DNA of 62,507 nt from positions 1 to 62,507 of IMG/VR virus record IMGVR_UViG_3300031658_000005; one strand, given 5' to 3'. The notes below the pieces were generated by a model. The model saw only the letters and a program-made list of their open reading frames with translations, made no database searches and was not told the origin of the DNA. How positions within the stretch are numbered: position 1 is the stretch's first letter; every line of letters starts with the position of its first letter. The stretch comes from a virus. Taxonomy: Duplodnaviria; Caudoviricetes. Both the position numbers and the translations under genes were made by a program. Positions 36,378 to 46,793 of this stretch are shown here, piece after piece.

Positions 36378-37927
36378 TATTCTTCGATAAATAAATAGTT
36401 TAAAGTTCTGCTGGCGGTTCCTTGTCCAAGGTCAGTAGTAATAGTATCAGACGTTATATGAATAACGTCTTCATCAACTAATTGATTCAACTCTTCTGTC
36501 TTAGATTCTAAAATACTCTTGGCCTTGTATATACCTGCGCCTTGACTAACTGTAGCTTGAGCCGTAACGGATGCTTTCCCAACTGTCTTCATATTATTTT
36601 GGACAATCTGGTCTTCTAGACTCGTCAAATTTAAAAACTTTTCTATTCTTTTTATCTGATTTGTTTTTGATAAAGTTTTCTTTAGTTTAAGTAGGCCGTT
36701 ATTCATGTTTTGGTAAGCATTGTCAGTAGTATATTTAATGCTCTCATTTATTTTCCCTTGTGTTTTTAAAAAGTCCGTTGATCTACTTTTCTCAAAAAAC
36801 AATACAGTTGGATGAAATAAACGTCTAATTTTAGTCTGATACAATTCTTGCTCACTACCCCAAGAAGATCTTGCGTTATTGAATTTAGAAATTTGGTTTT
36901 TCCCTTCTGATGAGAACGCTATATTTAAATCATAATTTATAAATCTGCCATCTTTAGATTCTGACCCAAGATAAGTAATAGAGTTTTTTTGTGATTTCGC
37001 AGGATCTGTAGAAAAAGAAATTGTTATATTAGCTTTGTTTCCATCTGAAGATAGAGCTTTCGATATAGAAAAAGGATCTCCAAACTCCGTTTGCTCTTCA
37101 GTTTTTTTAGCATCTATTATATTTGCTATAGCCGAATTAATAACATTTTGAGAATCCAGTCTAAGGGAAGTTAAATCTATATTAATAGTCTTATTTAAAT
37201 AACCTCTTTGATCAACATCAAGTTTTTGAGTCTCTTTCTTGCTGACTTTATTGACATCGTCCACTATAGAAGAGGCAACATTTTCTTCTATAGAAACAGT
37301 AAGGCCTATAAGATCGTAAGTTTCATTTATTAACCCCCGAAAGTTGTCGCTGATTTTTGCATTTTCAGATATTCCATCTTCTTGGTATCCAAAATTAGGC
37401 CTATTAGAAAAGTAATAATTTGTTAAAAATGTTTTAGCGTTATTTAGGAATTGCCCACCTGCTTCTTGCGAATACGTTAAAGATGTTTTTCTATTTGAAG
37501 TATATTCGTCCCCAGACCTAGAGAAATTATAAGACTCAGAAAAGCTAGATATAGCATGAGGGTTTGGGATATATTTTGCAAATTCTGTGGAAGAATAGTT
37601 GTCCAGCCTTCTGTGTTCTTCTATTGAAATAGATACATTTTCAGAGCCTACTAAAGTCCCAGCCTCAAAGTTATAATTAGTTATTTTTCCATTAATATAA
37701 TCATCGGCTCCTATTCTTGCCGTAATATTTGGCCTATTATAAGCGTTCTTGATGGCCTCTCTACCATTTAATAAGCTTGTTTCGTTTTGTTCAATATTAA
37801 TGTCGGAAACATCAATTTGATAGGTTCCGATAACTTTATATCCAAATAACTCTTCAGTGTCTAGATAGCTATACTGTATCTCGACAGAAGAAGATATGAC
37901 ATTAGTTACTATTAAATTAATTGGCAT
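36377..37927 (-). CDS. putative distal tail protein
   Basis: Immediately downstream of the tape measure; beta-rich. Confidence 0.55.
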   Translation of the reverse strand: MPINLIVTNVISSSVEIQYSYLDTEELFGYKVIGTYQIDVSDINIEQNETSLLNGREAIKNAYNRPNITARIGADDYINGKITNYNFEAGTLVGSENVSISIEEHRRLDNYSSTEFAKYIPNPHAISSFSESYNFSRSGDEYTSNRKTSLTYSQEAGGQFLNNAKTFLTNYYFSNRPNFGYQEDGISENAKISDNFRGLINETYDLIGLTVSIEENVASSIVDDVNKVSKKETQKLDVDQRGYLNKTINIDLTSLRLDSQNVINSAIANIIDAKKTEEQTEFGDPFSISKALSSDGNKANITISFSTDPAKSQKNSITYLGSESKDGRFINYDLNIAFSSEGKNQISKFNNARSSWGSEQELYQTKIRRLFHPTVLFFEKSRSTDFLKTQGKINESIKYTTDNAYQNMNNGLLKLKKTLSKTNQIKRIEKFLNLTSLEDQIVQNNMKTVGKASVTAQATVSQGAGIYKAKSILESKTEELNQLVDEDVIHITSDTITTDLGQGTASRTLNYLFIEE

Positions 37928-40900
37928 TTATTTTTCTGGAGTTGTTAAGTCCGCAAGCATTGTTTCAATATGAGCCATAAAAAGATCAAGAGAGTCTAGC
38001 ATCCCCTCTTGTTTTTTTACGAATGCTGCACTTCTCTCTATAAGGCCACTTGTATCTGTAACCTGTGTTGTTATTGTGGCAGAAAAAGCATTGAGGTTTG
38101 CCACGCTTGAGGCAGCTGTCTCCATTTGATCTGCAAGCGTTGTGACATTGGAAGCAAGTCGTTTAGTAGATTCGTTATCTTCAAGCGCCTTATAATTCTC
38201 TCTGGTTGTTTCTAACTGTTTTGCGAGATCTGCTTGGGCAGTATCTAATTTTCCAATAGCTTCTTGTTCTGAGAGTTTGAGATCCTGAAGCCTTTTGTAA
38301 GTTCCTTCCCCACGCTCCTTATCAATCGCCTTGGCATCTGTTACGGCATCTGTTCTGTTCCCGATGCTCATGACACCACCTCCTTCACCAAGCTTTTTCG
38401 CCAGTTCACTTGAAATTGTTTTTAAGATTTCTGTGGCACTTATATCTCCCAGTCCTGCCCTAGATGCAGCCCCCTCGATTCCCGTCTGCAATCTAGAAAT
38501 CTTCATAGCCTCTCCTTTAGTCAACTTATGATTAGGCCCTTTTTTTTCTATGCCTCTTATGTAATCTTCAAGCTTATTTATTGCTGCATTTAAGCCTGTT
38601 GACGATCCACTTGCTTTCCCAGTGGTTACACTATCAATATATGCATCAGACGATTTTCTTTCTTTGTCTCTTAATTGAGTTTTTTTATCTTTTATATTCT
38701 CTATGCCCTTTTCAATGGAGAACATTTTATTTTTAAATGAAACCGCAGCTCCAGTTACTGCTTTATCAAAACTCTGCCCAGCTGCTGCTGCTGCTTTCTC
38801 TAACTCAATTATTGTATCTCCAGTGGAACTGGGGTCTTCCTTTGCGCCCTTAAGCGCTGCATCAGCGCTTGATTTATCAAATTTGGCTGCATTGATATCT
38901 CTAAACATTAAGTTTTGTTCAGAGGCTAATGCAACAGACCCTGCAAATGGACCAGAAATCGAACTCGCCAGACTGTTTCTGATTTGTCCTACCGCCTGAT
39001 CTTTTTTAACTCTGTTATCCGTATCTAACATGGATTTGGCTATATCCATCTTGATTTTGTTTATTTTTTTAGTGGTTTCTGTCGATGACTTATTAGCATA
39101 AATAAGGGCTGATTTATGTCTCGTCTCCTCTTCTATAGTTTCAAATCTCCTTCCAACAAGATTCAAGGTGGCTTTAACCAATTTACGTTCAGCCTTTTCT
39201 CTATTTTTACGATATTCCTCTTCTTCTTTTTCGCCTTTAGCGGGGTTAGTTTCTTGTTTATCAAGAATGTCTGCCAATTCACTCTTTGCTTCTTCGTGAC
39301 GGTTTTGAAGGCCTTCTGCCGCCTCAAAACCCTGTTTAGAATTAACCTTATTTAAATTTTCATTTACTGCGTTTTGAAAACCTAAAGGTGTAAAATCTAG
39401 TCTACCTAAAGAATTCGCTTCGTTTCCGTTCTTTTTCTTTCTTAAACTAATGTCGTTGTCCGCGCCCTCTACATCTCCGAACGCCGAGGGAACAAACCCT
39501 CCAATAAGACCTCCAATCGCTGCGCCAATTGCAGTGCCTAGAACTGGAACTACAGAACCAATTCCTGCTCCAACCAAAGCTCCAAGGCCAGCATTAGCAA
39601 GAGTGCCGCCTGTATTCTTGTATCTTTCGTTTTTCTGGCTTTGCTCTAAGTCGTCATTGAGGGCAGTAGACCCAATTTCATAAGCTGCAAAAAGTCCCGC
39701 TACAATTGGACCCGCTCGTTTGGCAATTGTATTAGCCATAACGCCCTTGGAAACCTTCAAGCCATTCATGGCCGAGGGTTTCTGGGCTACGGTAGACCTA
39801 GCTGCTGCCTGAGCATCTTTGGGCTTCATGCCTGATGCCTTGTTTTCCCTAAATTGTTTCATTTCCTGCTTGTGCCTAAAAGCATTCTGAGCTTTAGTGG
39901 CCTTCCCAGCCTTTGCTCCTCCTCCCATGAGCCAGCTTCCTGCCTTCTTGCCGTAGCCTCCAGTCACCATACTTAGAGTGCCTAAAGATACTAATGCGGT
40001 AGATGCCGTCGAAACTGCACCTACGAAATGTTCCATAGCTGTTTTTGCTTCTCCTCTAGCCTTACCTTCTTCTTTGAGTTTTTTTATCCCAACGCTTATT
40101 TCAGCATGGCTTTCCTTAGATGTTTTTAGAGCATCTATTTTTTCTTGAGTATCTGCCTCTATTTGAGTTTTATTGCCTTCGAACTCCGCTGTTGAAGCAC
40201 CCAAAACAGTCTGTAGCGCGAAAAGGCCCATCATTAATCCTCCTAAACCAGCCCCACCACCTTCAGATTTAGGTTCAGGTCCGTTGCCCTTGGCAAACTT
40301 AGGCATGTAGCCTCCAGCGAAACTTTTTGGAGTTCTCTTTGTTCGCTTCGGGATATAACCTCCAGCATAATTTTGTTTCCTTCTTTTGGGGCGAGATAAT
40401 TTTTTCAAAGACCCTTGATTAGCTAACTTCTTTGCAAAACTTGCTTGAGTTCCGTCTGTCTTATTATGTTTATAATCATAAGTAGCTATTTCGCTTCCCT
40501 TACCTGCTTGAATTCCAAAGAGTTTATCGATAGCTTTTCTCTTAGAGCCTCCAACTCCCTTAACATCAAAATCACCACCTTCTTGATTTTTTGCAGGGCT
40601 AATATCTAGAGCTGCATTTACAGATGCTTCGAAAGCAGCTCCAATTATACCTCTAAGAGCGCCTTTTCCTCCTCCTTGTGCTTGCAGTTTTTTCTCGATG
40701 TCTTTTGGTTTTGGAGTCCCTAGAACTGGTTTGAGTAATGATCCGAATTTTGCGGCGTTGGTCGTGACACTTTTAGTTATATTTTTCTCTAAATTTTCAT
40801 CATGAGGGTCTGCTGCTTGATCAATAGCCCTTGGAACTTTTGGCCCTTCAACATCTAACGCTTGAAGGTATTCGTAACCCATTTTCTTACCTTTGAATTC

Positions 40901-42943
40901 AAATCTCCCAAAACTACCCTTTTGAACTTCAGAACTATGACCAATAGTCGGAACGAGCATCGTAGCCTTTCCAACATTTGTATTAGGGTCAACGCCTATG
41001 ACTGTTTCATTTTTATTTTTATCAAGTTCTTTTTGCCTTAGTGCCACTGCATTTTTAGCACCTTCGTCTTTGCTGTCCTTATATCTTGTAGTTTCAATGA
41101 ATTGGTTTAATTTGCCTTGAGGCAATTTCGCAATTTGCGATGGACTCTTGCTTAATCCTCCAGAATATTTCGGCATATTACCACCAGCATACATAGGAAT
41201 AACTGCAGAGTTCCCTCCCGCAAAATTAGGTATTTCTACCTCACTATTATTCATTACAAACCGACTGCCACCAATCGTTCCTGCCCCGAAATGAGCTTGA
41301 ACATTATCGGGTGCTCCAAGCATTCTTGCGGTAGCCTCTTCTTCCATGAAGCCAGTGGCGAAATTCTTGCCCTTCTTGCCCCTGAAAGATCCAGTCATTG
41401 GATTGAACCCCGATACACCTCTTGCTGCCGCTGCCGAAGCGATCTTCCTCATCAACGCAGCCTGTTGCACCAATTCTCTATTTTCTTTCTGTATAGCTAA
41501 GATTACAGCTTGTTCTTTTTGAGCCTGACTTACTGTTGAACTAACAATAGTCTGCCTTAAAGCGTCATCTCTTTGAAGAAGTCCAACAATCCCACCCTCA
41601 ATCGACTTAATTCTTTCGGTTGCGCTTCCTATTGCAAACAAAGATTTCAAGCCCTCTCCCGCGAATCTAGCTACTAATTTAAAAATCTTAATAAAAGCCG
41701 CAGTAAATATAATTACTGCGGGTCCACTCAAAAAATTCCCAATTGTTTTAAATAATCCTTTAATGAAAACATTTCCTTTTTCTGGGTCTAAGGCATTATC
41801 TAGAAATTCAGTGAATTTGGTAGTAAGACCCAATAAGTTTTGAAGAAGAGGCCCAAAAGTAATTGTTCCAATCCTCTCTGAAAGACTAGTTAGTCCTTGA
41901 ATAAGAACGTTGATTTGAGAAGAGATGGATTTACTAAGTTCAGCATTTTTTTCGAAAGCTTCGTTTGTGGCCGAAGAAGCTGTGGCAGCAGCTTTTGCAA
42001 AAATAGAAGTATCAGAAGACAGGTCTTTTAAAGCAGCACTGACAACGTTGATTTGGAAGACACCACCTGCAAGTTCTTTGATTTGAGAGGCAATAGTTGG
42101 GTCTGATACATTTTGTAGGGCTGCGGATAGAGCATTTAGTTTTTGAATGCCTGTTTGTGTGTTGTCGATTTCAACCCCTAATTCTTTAAGTTTTTCAATT
42201 GTAGATCCCCTAGATATCCTAGTAAAAATTGATTTAAATGCGTTTCCGATAACAGCTCCACCACGTGAGGTTCTTTGCTCGACTGCGGTAACCAGTCCCA
42301 AAAGCTCATTAAAACTAACTCCAGCATCTTCTGCTGTAGAACCTGCGCGACTAAAAGCTTCAGCCAAATCTTGAGTAGAGACCGCAAAAGCCGTGTCAAC
42401 AGCGACCATTTTATTGACAATTTGATTGGCGCTCAGTCCAGCGGATGTAAACCCGTTGATAGCTGCCGTCAAAGCTTTCACAGACTTTGCCGAATCCAAA
42501 CCTGAAATCCTAGTCAATATCAAAGCTGCCTTTAGCCTTTTAGCTGTTTCTGCTGCACTTAATCCTTGCCTTGCAAGCTCTGCGGCTCCATCTGCCACAG
42601 TGTTAAATGATTGCCCAGTTTCTTTTGCGACTTTAAATATAGAGTTTCTAAATTTATTAAAGTTTGCATCGGTGGCTTGAAATATAGAGTTAATCTCAAT
42701 TAACTTTTTTTCCACCTCAATAGTAGTGGAAACTAATTTTTTAAATGACTGACTTACACCATTTATTACCGCAGTAGTGGCTCCAAATGCAAACACACGG
42801 GCAGTAGAAGCATCTAGAGATTTTTGAAACTCTGAAGCCTGTCCCGTAATTCTACCTAAAGCATGTTGAATCTGCTTCGAAGAGGAAGCTAGACTTACAG
42901 GATTTAACTTAACATTTAAGCTTGCATTTAAACTAACAGCCAT
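37928..42943 (-). CDS. tail tape-measure protein (TP901-family core)
   Basis: 1671 aa, Ala/Gly/Ser-rich helical. ELARQG, AVDTAFAVSTQDLAEAFSRAGS.A..AGVSFNELLG, GGAVIGNAFKSIFTRI core; hydrophobic GAAIGG segment. Confidence 0.92.
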   Translation of the reverse strand: MAVSLNASLNVKLNPVSLASSSKQIQHALGRITGQASEFQKSLDASTARVFAFGATTAVINGVSQSFKKLVSTTIEVEKKLIEINSIFQATDANFNKFRNSIFKVAKETGQSFNTVADGAAELARQGLSAAETAKRLKAALILTRISGLDSAKSVKALTAAINGFTSAGLSANQIVNKMVAVDTAFAVSTQDLAEAFSRAGSTAEDAGVSFNELLGLVTAVEQRTSRGGAVIGNAFKSIFTRISRGSTIEKLKELGVEIDNTQTGIQKLNALSAALQNVSDPTIASQIKELAGGVFQINVVSAALKDLSSDTSIFAKAAATASSATNEAFEKNAELSKSISSQINVLIQGLTSLSERIGTITFGPLLQNLLGLTTKFTEFLDNALDPEKGNVFIKGLFKTIGNFLSGPAVIIFTAAFIKIFKLVARFAGEGLKSLFAIGSATERIKSIEGGIVGLLQRDDALRQTIVSSTVSQAQKEQAVILAIQKENRELVQQAALMRKIASAAAARGVSGFNPMTGSFRGKKGKNFATGFMEEEATARMLGAPDNVQAHFGAGTIGGSRFVMNNSEVEIPNFAGGNSAVIPMYAGGNMPKYSGGLSKSPSQIAKLPQGKLNQFIETTRYKDSKDEGAKNAVALRQKELDKNKNETVIGVDPNTNVGKATMLVPTIGHSSEVQKGSFGRFEFKGKKMGYEYLQALDVEGPKVPRAIDQAADPHDENLEKNITKSVTTNAAKFGSLLKPVLGTPKPKDIEKKLQAQGGGKGALRGIIGAAFEASVNAALDISPAKNQEGGDFDVKGVGGSKRKAIDKLFGIQAGKGSEIATYDYKHNKTDGTQASFAKKLANQGSLKKLSRPKRRKQNYAGGYIPKRTKRTPKSFAGGYMPKFAKGNGPEPKSEGGGAGLGGLMMGLFALQTVLGASTAEFEGNKTQIEADTQEKIDALKTSKESHAEISVGIKKLKEEGKARGEAKTAMEHFVGAVSTASTALVSLGTLSMVTGGYGKKAGSWLMGGGAKAGKATKAQNAFRHKQEMKQFRENKASGMKPKDAQAAARSTVAQKPSAMNGLKVSKGVMANTIAKRAGPIVAGLFAAYEIGSTALNDDLEQSQKNERYKNTGGTLANAGLGALVGAGIGSVVPVLGTAIGAAIGGLIGGFVPSAFGDVEGADNDISLRKKKNGNEANSLGRLDFTPLGFQNAVNENLNKVNSKQGFEAAEGLQNRHEEAKSELADILDKQETNPAKGEKEEEEYRKNREKAERKLVKATLNLVGRRFETIEEETRHKSALIYANKSSTETTKKINKIKMDIAKSMLDTDNRVKKDQAVGQIRNSLASSISGPFAGSVALASEQNLMFRDINAAKFDKSSADAALKGAKEDPSSTGDTIIELEKAAAAAGQSFDKAVTGAAVSFKNKMFSIEKGIENIKDKKTQLRDKERKSSDAYIDSVTTGKASGSSTGLNAAINKLEDYIRGIEKKGPNHKLTKGEAMKISRLQTGIEGAASRAGLGDISATEILKTISSELAKKLGEGGGVMSIGNRTDAVTDAKAIDKERGEGTYKRLQDLKLSEQEAIGKLDTAQADLAKQLETTRENYKALEDNESTKRLASNVTTLADQMETAASSVANLNAFSATITTQVTDTSGLIERSAAFVKKQEGMLDSLDLFMAHIETMLADLTTPEK

Positions 42944-42962
42944 ATAGTGTAATTTACACCTA

Positions 42963-43832
42963 TCAACTTAAAAAGTCTTCTGCTTTTAGTTTGCCTCCTC
43001 TTGCTTGTGATTTTTGTCTCAAATCGTCCAATCCATGAGAAACCTTAGAGTCGGTCTCTTCTTTCTCCTCGTAGTCCATCATTCTCACAGGATCTCCATA
43101 GATTTCTTCAGGAATCCTAGTGTTCTTAATCTTATTAAAAAGGCTATGGGAAATCACAATTAAATATTTTTGAAAATTTGTTATATCCTGAAAGTTTTTT
43201 CCCAAAAGTTGCAAAGGATTACTTTCCTGAGTCACGAATAAATCAAAAAAACCCCCAAAGTAAGATGCTCGAAGAATATTCTCTCGATTATTTAATACTG
43301 AATACCTTTTAAACATTGCTGTTGTGGCGAGAATCTCCTGTTCTGGATCAGGAGATTTTGTAAACTCAGCATCTGCAAAAACAGATTTTTTAAACATTCT
43401 CTTTACTCTTTTGGCCTCCGACAAATGCTCCGCACTATAAGATGTTAATTGACTTCTTTTAAACTCAATATCCTTAAGGTCTTCTTCTTGCTTGGAAATC
43501 TGCTTCTGGAAAAGCTCTCTTTGTTTTGGGTCTGAAATTTTGGACATCGCCACAAAAGATTTTTTAATAGTCCACCTTAAAGACTTTATGCTCTCTTCTT
43601 TTTTTATGGACCAAAACTTTCTCTTAATCGCCGTATCGATAAGATCTTTTTCTGATTTAATTCCAGACTTTATGGATCGAGCAATATCAACCTCTTGAAG
43701 ATCATCAAATTCAAGAAGTTCAAGTAGCCCAAAGTGCTTGAAATAAAACTGACTATCCGAAGTAGTTAATACACTATAACCACGAACGATATCCAATAAG
43801 TCAATAGAGTATTTATTATCCGACTTGTTCAT
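42963..43832 (-). CDS. putative tail assembly chaperone (pre-tape-measure)
   Basis: Charged helical protein directly upstream of the TMP. Confidence 0.5.
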   Translation of the reverse strand: MNKSDNKYSIDLLDIVRGYSVLTTSDSQFYFKHFGLLELLEFDDLQEVDIARSIKSGIKSEKDLIDTAIKRKFWSIKKEESIKSLRWTIKKSFVAMSKISDPKQRELFQKQISKQEEDLKDIEFKRSQLTSYSAEHLSEAKRVKRMFKKSVFADAEFTKSPDPEQEILATTAMFKRYSVLNNRENILRASYFGGFFDLFVTQESNPLQLLGKNFQDITNFQKYLIVISHSLFNKIKNTRIPEEIYGDPVRMMDYEEKEETDSKVSHGLDDLRQKSQARGGKLKAEDFLS

Positions 43833-44625
43833 CTAAAGCTTCTGCTTCAGGGTCAAACAGTTCGCTCATGGCTTTCCCAATGGACTCTTGGTCATTGCCC
43901 ATTTTATTATACCAAATGCTAGCCACCCTAATTAATTTTTCAAATGACTCATTGTAAATATTCTTAGCCCTCAAAAAAGTAGGGTCTTCAATATCTTTGT
44001 CTTCAGCCTCTTGCAAGGAAATCAAGAACATCCGTTTTTTCTCAAATTCTTCTCCTTCAAAAATTTCAAATAAATCTTTTTTACCATTAATGGAATCCTC
44101 AAAGTAAGAGAAATTAAGAACAAGCCACTCTATAACTTTAATTTCAGACTTAGAGTCTGCGGTCTGACTAAATTGAGATCTCAAATTGCTTTCGTATTCG
44201 TGTAGAGAAACCCTTGTTGAAACAAATACTCTCTTTGCCTCCTTTAACTGTTGTTCTTGTTCCTCGGATAAGTTTTTTCCGCCCTCGAAAAACTCAATTG
44301 TTCTAGATGCCTCCATGTTATCAATAATCATTTGCTCGGTGACTTCTTGAGATGTTTTGGAGGTGAGGCCACCCATATCTCCAAGCTTCTTTGATAACAT
44401 AGCCTTGGTTAAAAAACCAGCATTGATATATTCGTTATATTTTTGGCCATAAAAGAACTCTGCGTCTTCAAGGTCTAGAATAGAAGGTTTTCCAAAAACA
44501 ATTCTATTCTTAATTTTCTCTTTTATTTTTTTTGTGGTCTCAACTGGGCCATTTTTAGTTTTCTTTACGTGAGGGACTTGTTTCTCAATAACTCTCTCAA
44601 TATCAAACGAATATAACTCTTTCAC
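43816..44625 (-). CDS. putative tail assembly chaperone
   Basis: Charged helical protein between tail-tube genes and the TMP; GTG start. Confidence 0.5.
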   Translation of the reverse strand: MKELYSFDIERVIEKQVPHVKKTKNGPVETTKKIKEKIKNRIVFGKPSILDLEDAEFFYGQKYNEYINAGFLTKAMLSKKLGDMGGLTSKTSQEVTEQMIIDNMEASRTIEFFEGGKNLSEEQEQQLKEAKRVFVSTRVSLHEYESNLRSQFSQTADSKSEIKVIEWLVLNFSYFEDSINGKKDLFEIFEGEEFEKKRMFLISLQEAEDKDIEDPTFLRAKNIYNESFEKLIRVASIWYNKMGNDQESIGKAMSELFDPEAEALDEQVG

Positions 44626-44631
44626 TTATAT

Positions 44632-44659
44632 ATTATAAGAAGTTTTAATACAAAATCAA
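44632..44659 (-). promoter_or_regulatory. sigma70-like promoter
   Basis: Minus strand TTGATT (44659-44654), N16, TATAAT (44637-44632), then 6 nt to GTG at 44625. Confidence 0.65.
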
Positions 44660-44662
44660 TTT

Positions 44663-45928
44663 TTAAAACTTAAAAAATACTAGTGGGTCTAGATTAAATT
44701 CAGTTGCTTTTAATAAAGTGTTTATCCCTGCATCACTATCAACATGCGCAATTAGTTCATTTATATCTGAAGCATAGTGAGCAAAAGACGGGCCTCTAAC
44801 TAAACTTCCAGAAACGGAAAGATAAGTAGTCAATAAAACAGCCTCTCCATTAATTATCATGAATACTGGCTGACCAGAATCGCCGAGGCCAATTTGTTCT
44901 GCTAAGTTTCTATATGGTTCTGGCACATCTGATGGAGCAGAATAAAAAAGAGTTTCTCTTATCAAATTTTTTGCGGTAACTAATGGCCCTAGGATTAATT
45001 TTTTTTCAAAATCGAATCCAGCCACTATTGGTTGATAATATTGTATTAATATACCACTAACGTTCGTTTTTAAAAAATCATTAATATTTAAAGGCAAAAT
45101 TTTTGTAAAAGAGATATTGTCTGGAAGTTCTTCGCTTAAAACTCCCACAGTAATATCTGCACTAGCATGATCCGCTACAGCAGAAATTGTTCTTGATACC
45201 CAAGTTCCATTAGGATCAGCAAAGTAAACAACATCAGAAGTACTTAATTTAAAATGTTTTGCCATTATGATATGTCTTTTAGTTATGGCTGTTGCGCCTC
45301 TTTGTCTATAATCAGTTGGAGTTCCATACCCCTTATTATTCCAGACACTAACTGAGGTAAAATCAATATCTTTGGCCCAAAAAGATTCGGATCGAGGCGC
45401 ATTAAATCCGCCACCCTCTAATACCCCATTGGGATCTGTAAAAGATGTGAGCATACTAGCATTTGAGGCTACATCCATAGTGCTAGTTATATTATTATTA
45501 ATCTGAGAGTTTGCGTTTTTGGCTAAAGAGTTTTGAGATTGTCCGCTCACAGAAAGAGAGACTTCAGAATCTCCATGCTTGTTGAACATTAAGCAATTTA
45601 CACTTTTATCAGTAGCTCCTTGAGTTTGGCCTGTTATATCTAAGCCATTAGCAATTAAAATCCCATCTTGGTAATACGAAAAAGAGTTGTTTATATAATC
45701 ATGGTGGACCTCTAGGTCAAAAGAAATTCCGCTCCTATAGCCTCCAAAAAAATTCCCGCTCTGATCAAACACATAACCTTCTTTTCCAGAAAATGTAATC
45801 AAATCAGAAGAGTAGAATTCCCCCGTCTCAGATAGCGATAATTCAAAACCACTCAAAGGGCTATCTACAGACACGGATATATCATAGATGGCATTTTGAT
45901 AATTAGATAAATTTCCAGTTGTAATCAT
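44663..45928 (-). CDS. virion-associated protein with C-terminal trypsin-like serine protease domain
   Basis: ATAITKRHIIMAKHF (His), ADITVGVL (Asp), GLGDSGQPVF (Ser); N-terminal ~130 aa is [S/T]G-rich. Confidence 0.75.
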   Translation of the reverse strand: MITTGNLSNYQNAIYDISVSVDSPLSGFELSLSETGEFYSSDLITFSGKEGYVFDQSGNFFGGYRSGISFDLEVHHDYINNSFSYYQDGILIANGLDITGQTQGATDKSVNCLMFNKHGDSEVSLSVSGQSQNSLAKNANSQINNNITSTMDVASNASMLTSFTDPNGVLEGGGFNAPRSESFWAKDIDFTSVSVWNNKGYGTPTDYRQRGATAITKRHIIMAKHFKLSTSDVVYFADPNGTWVSRTISAVADHASADITVGVLSEELPDNISFTKILPLNINDFLKTNVSGILIQYYQPIVAGFDFEKKLILGPLVTAKNLIRETLFYSAPSDVPEPYRNLAEQIGLGDSGQPVFMIINGEAVLLTTYLSVSGSLVRGPSFAHYASDINELIAHVDSDAGINTLLKATEFNLDPLVFFKF

Positions 45929-46779
45929 TTTATTATTGGGAAATAGTAAGAAAAGCTTAAGGAGGTATTCCCATCTAGAGATGTTGATTCATTAATGGAA
46001 TCTAGGCAGCACCCACTTGTAGTAAAGTCTAAGACTGACTGATTACTTTCGTTTTTTAAATTAACAGTAATGGCCCCACTTTCACAAACCAAGCTAGAAA
46101 TATTTATTCCTGTAGCTTTTGTTTTTAATACATCAAAACTAAGAGAGCCTTGAGCTGGCATTTGAGGATATCTATATTGAGGAACTCTTGTACCCAACCT
46201 AGTTACAGGTTTTTTTTCTAGAGAGACGGAAATAGAGAAGTTTTGAATATTTAATGTTGAAGAATCAATGCCCTCACTGCCATTTGTTGCACTAGTAATC
46301 TCGATGTCCTCTGGTCTAAAAAAACCTTCAAAATAATCCTCAGATTGACTCTGTGGTGTTTCATAGCTAGTAAAAATAGCTGCATTACCCTCGTATGTTG
46401 TGGAGCCTTTCACAATATCTCCCACAGAGCCATTTATAGAATAGGATGTTAAAGTAGCTCCAGAAATAGTTGTTGTGCCTACCTTATCTTTGGCTTTGAA
46501 ATTAAAAAATCCAGTAGACAAAAAACCTGATTGCATATGTTGATAGCTATAAATCGGATCAATGCCAGTAGCGCCAGTTGTTAAATTAACGTCATAGCTT
46601 AGCGTGGTAGACTGATTAGAAGTTAGTATTCTATCTACAGAATGAGAGGCTCCCAATCTTTGAATATCAATAACACTTTTTGGAGACGAAATAGACAAGG
46701 AGGTCACGGCAGGTATTCTCAGATAAGATCCCACACCTACAAAAAGCTGAATATCACTGGAATGAATCCTATCTGGCAT
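45925..46779 (-). CDS. minor tail-tube-like protein (paralog of the major tail protein)
   Basis: DIQRLG, LTSYSINGSVGDI, RPEDIEI, IQNFSISVSLEKKPVTRLG parallel DIREFG, FESYSLNFAVGEI, RPEDVTL, VQSASIEVPLSRTPIEALG in 46843..48132. Confidence 0.65.
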   Translation of the reverse strand: MPDRIHSSDIQLFVGVGSYLRIPAVTSLSISSPKSVIDIQRLGASHSVDRILTSNQSTTLSYDVNLTTGATGIDPIYSYQHMQSGFLSTGFFNFKAKDKVGTTTISGATLTSYSINGSVGDIVKGSTTYEGNAAIFTSYETPQSQSEDYFEGFFRPEDIEITSATNGSEGIDSSTLNIQNFSISVSLEKKPVTRLGTRVPQYRYPQMPAQGSLSFDVLKTKATGINISSLVCESGAITVNLKNESNQSVLDFTTSGCCLDSINESTSLDGNTSLSFSYYFPIIK

Positions 46780-46793
46780 ATAGTAGTTTACAC

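Noticed and set aside
43872-43878. Lambda-type slippery heptamer GGGAAAG near the end of the first tail chaperone gene
   Set aside because: It is phased GGG-AAA-G rather than G-GGA-AAG. The next ORF is in the +1 frame and has TAG immediately before its ATG, so a G-T style fusion from this site is impossible.
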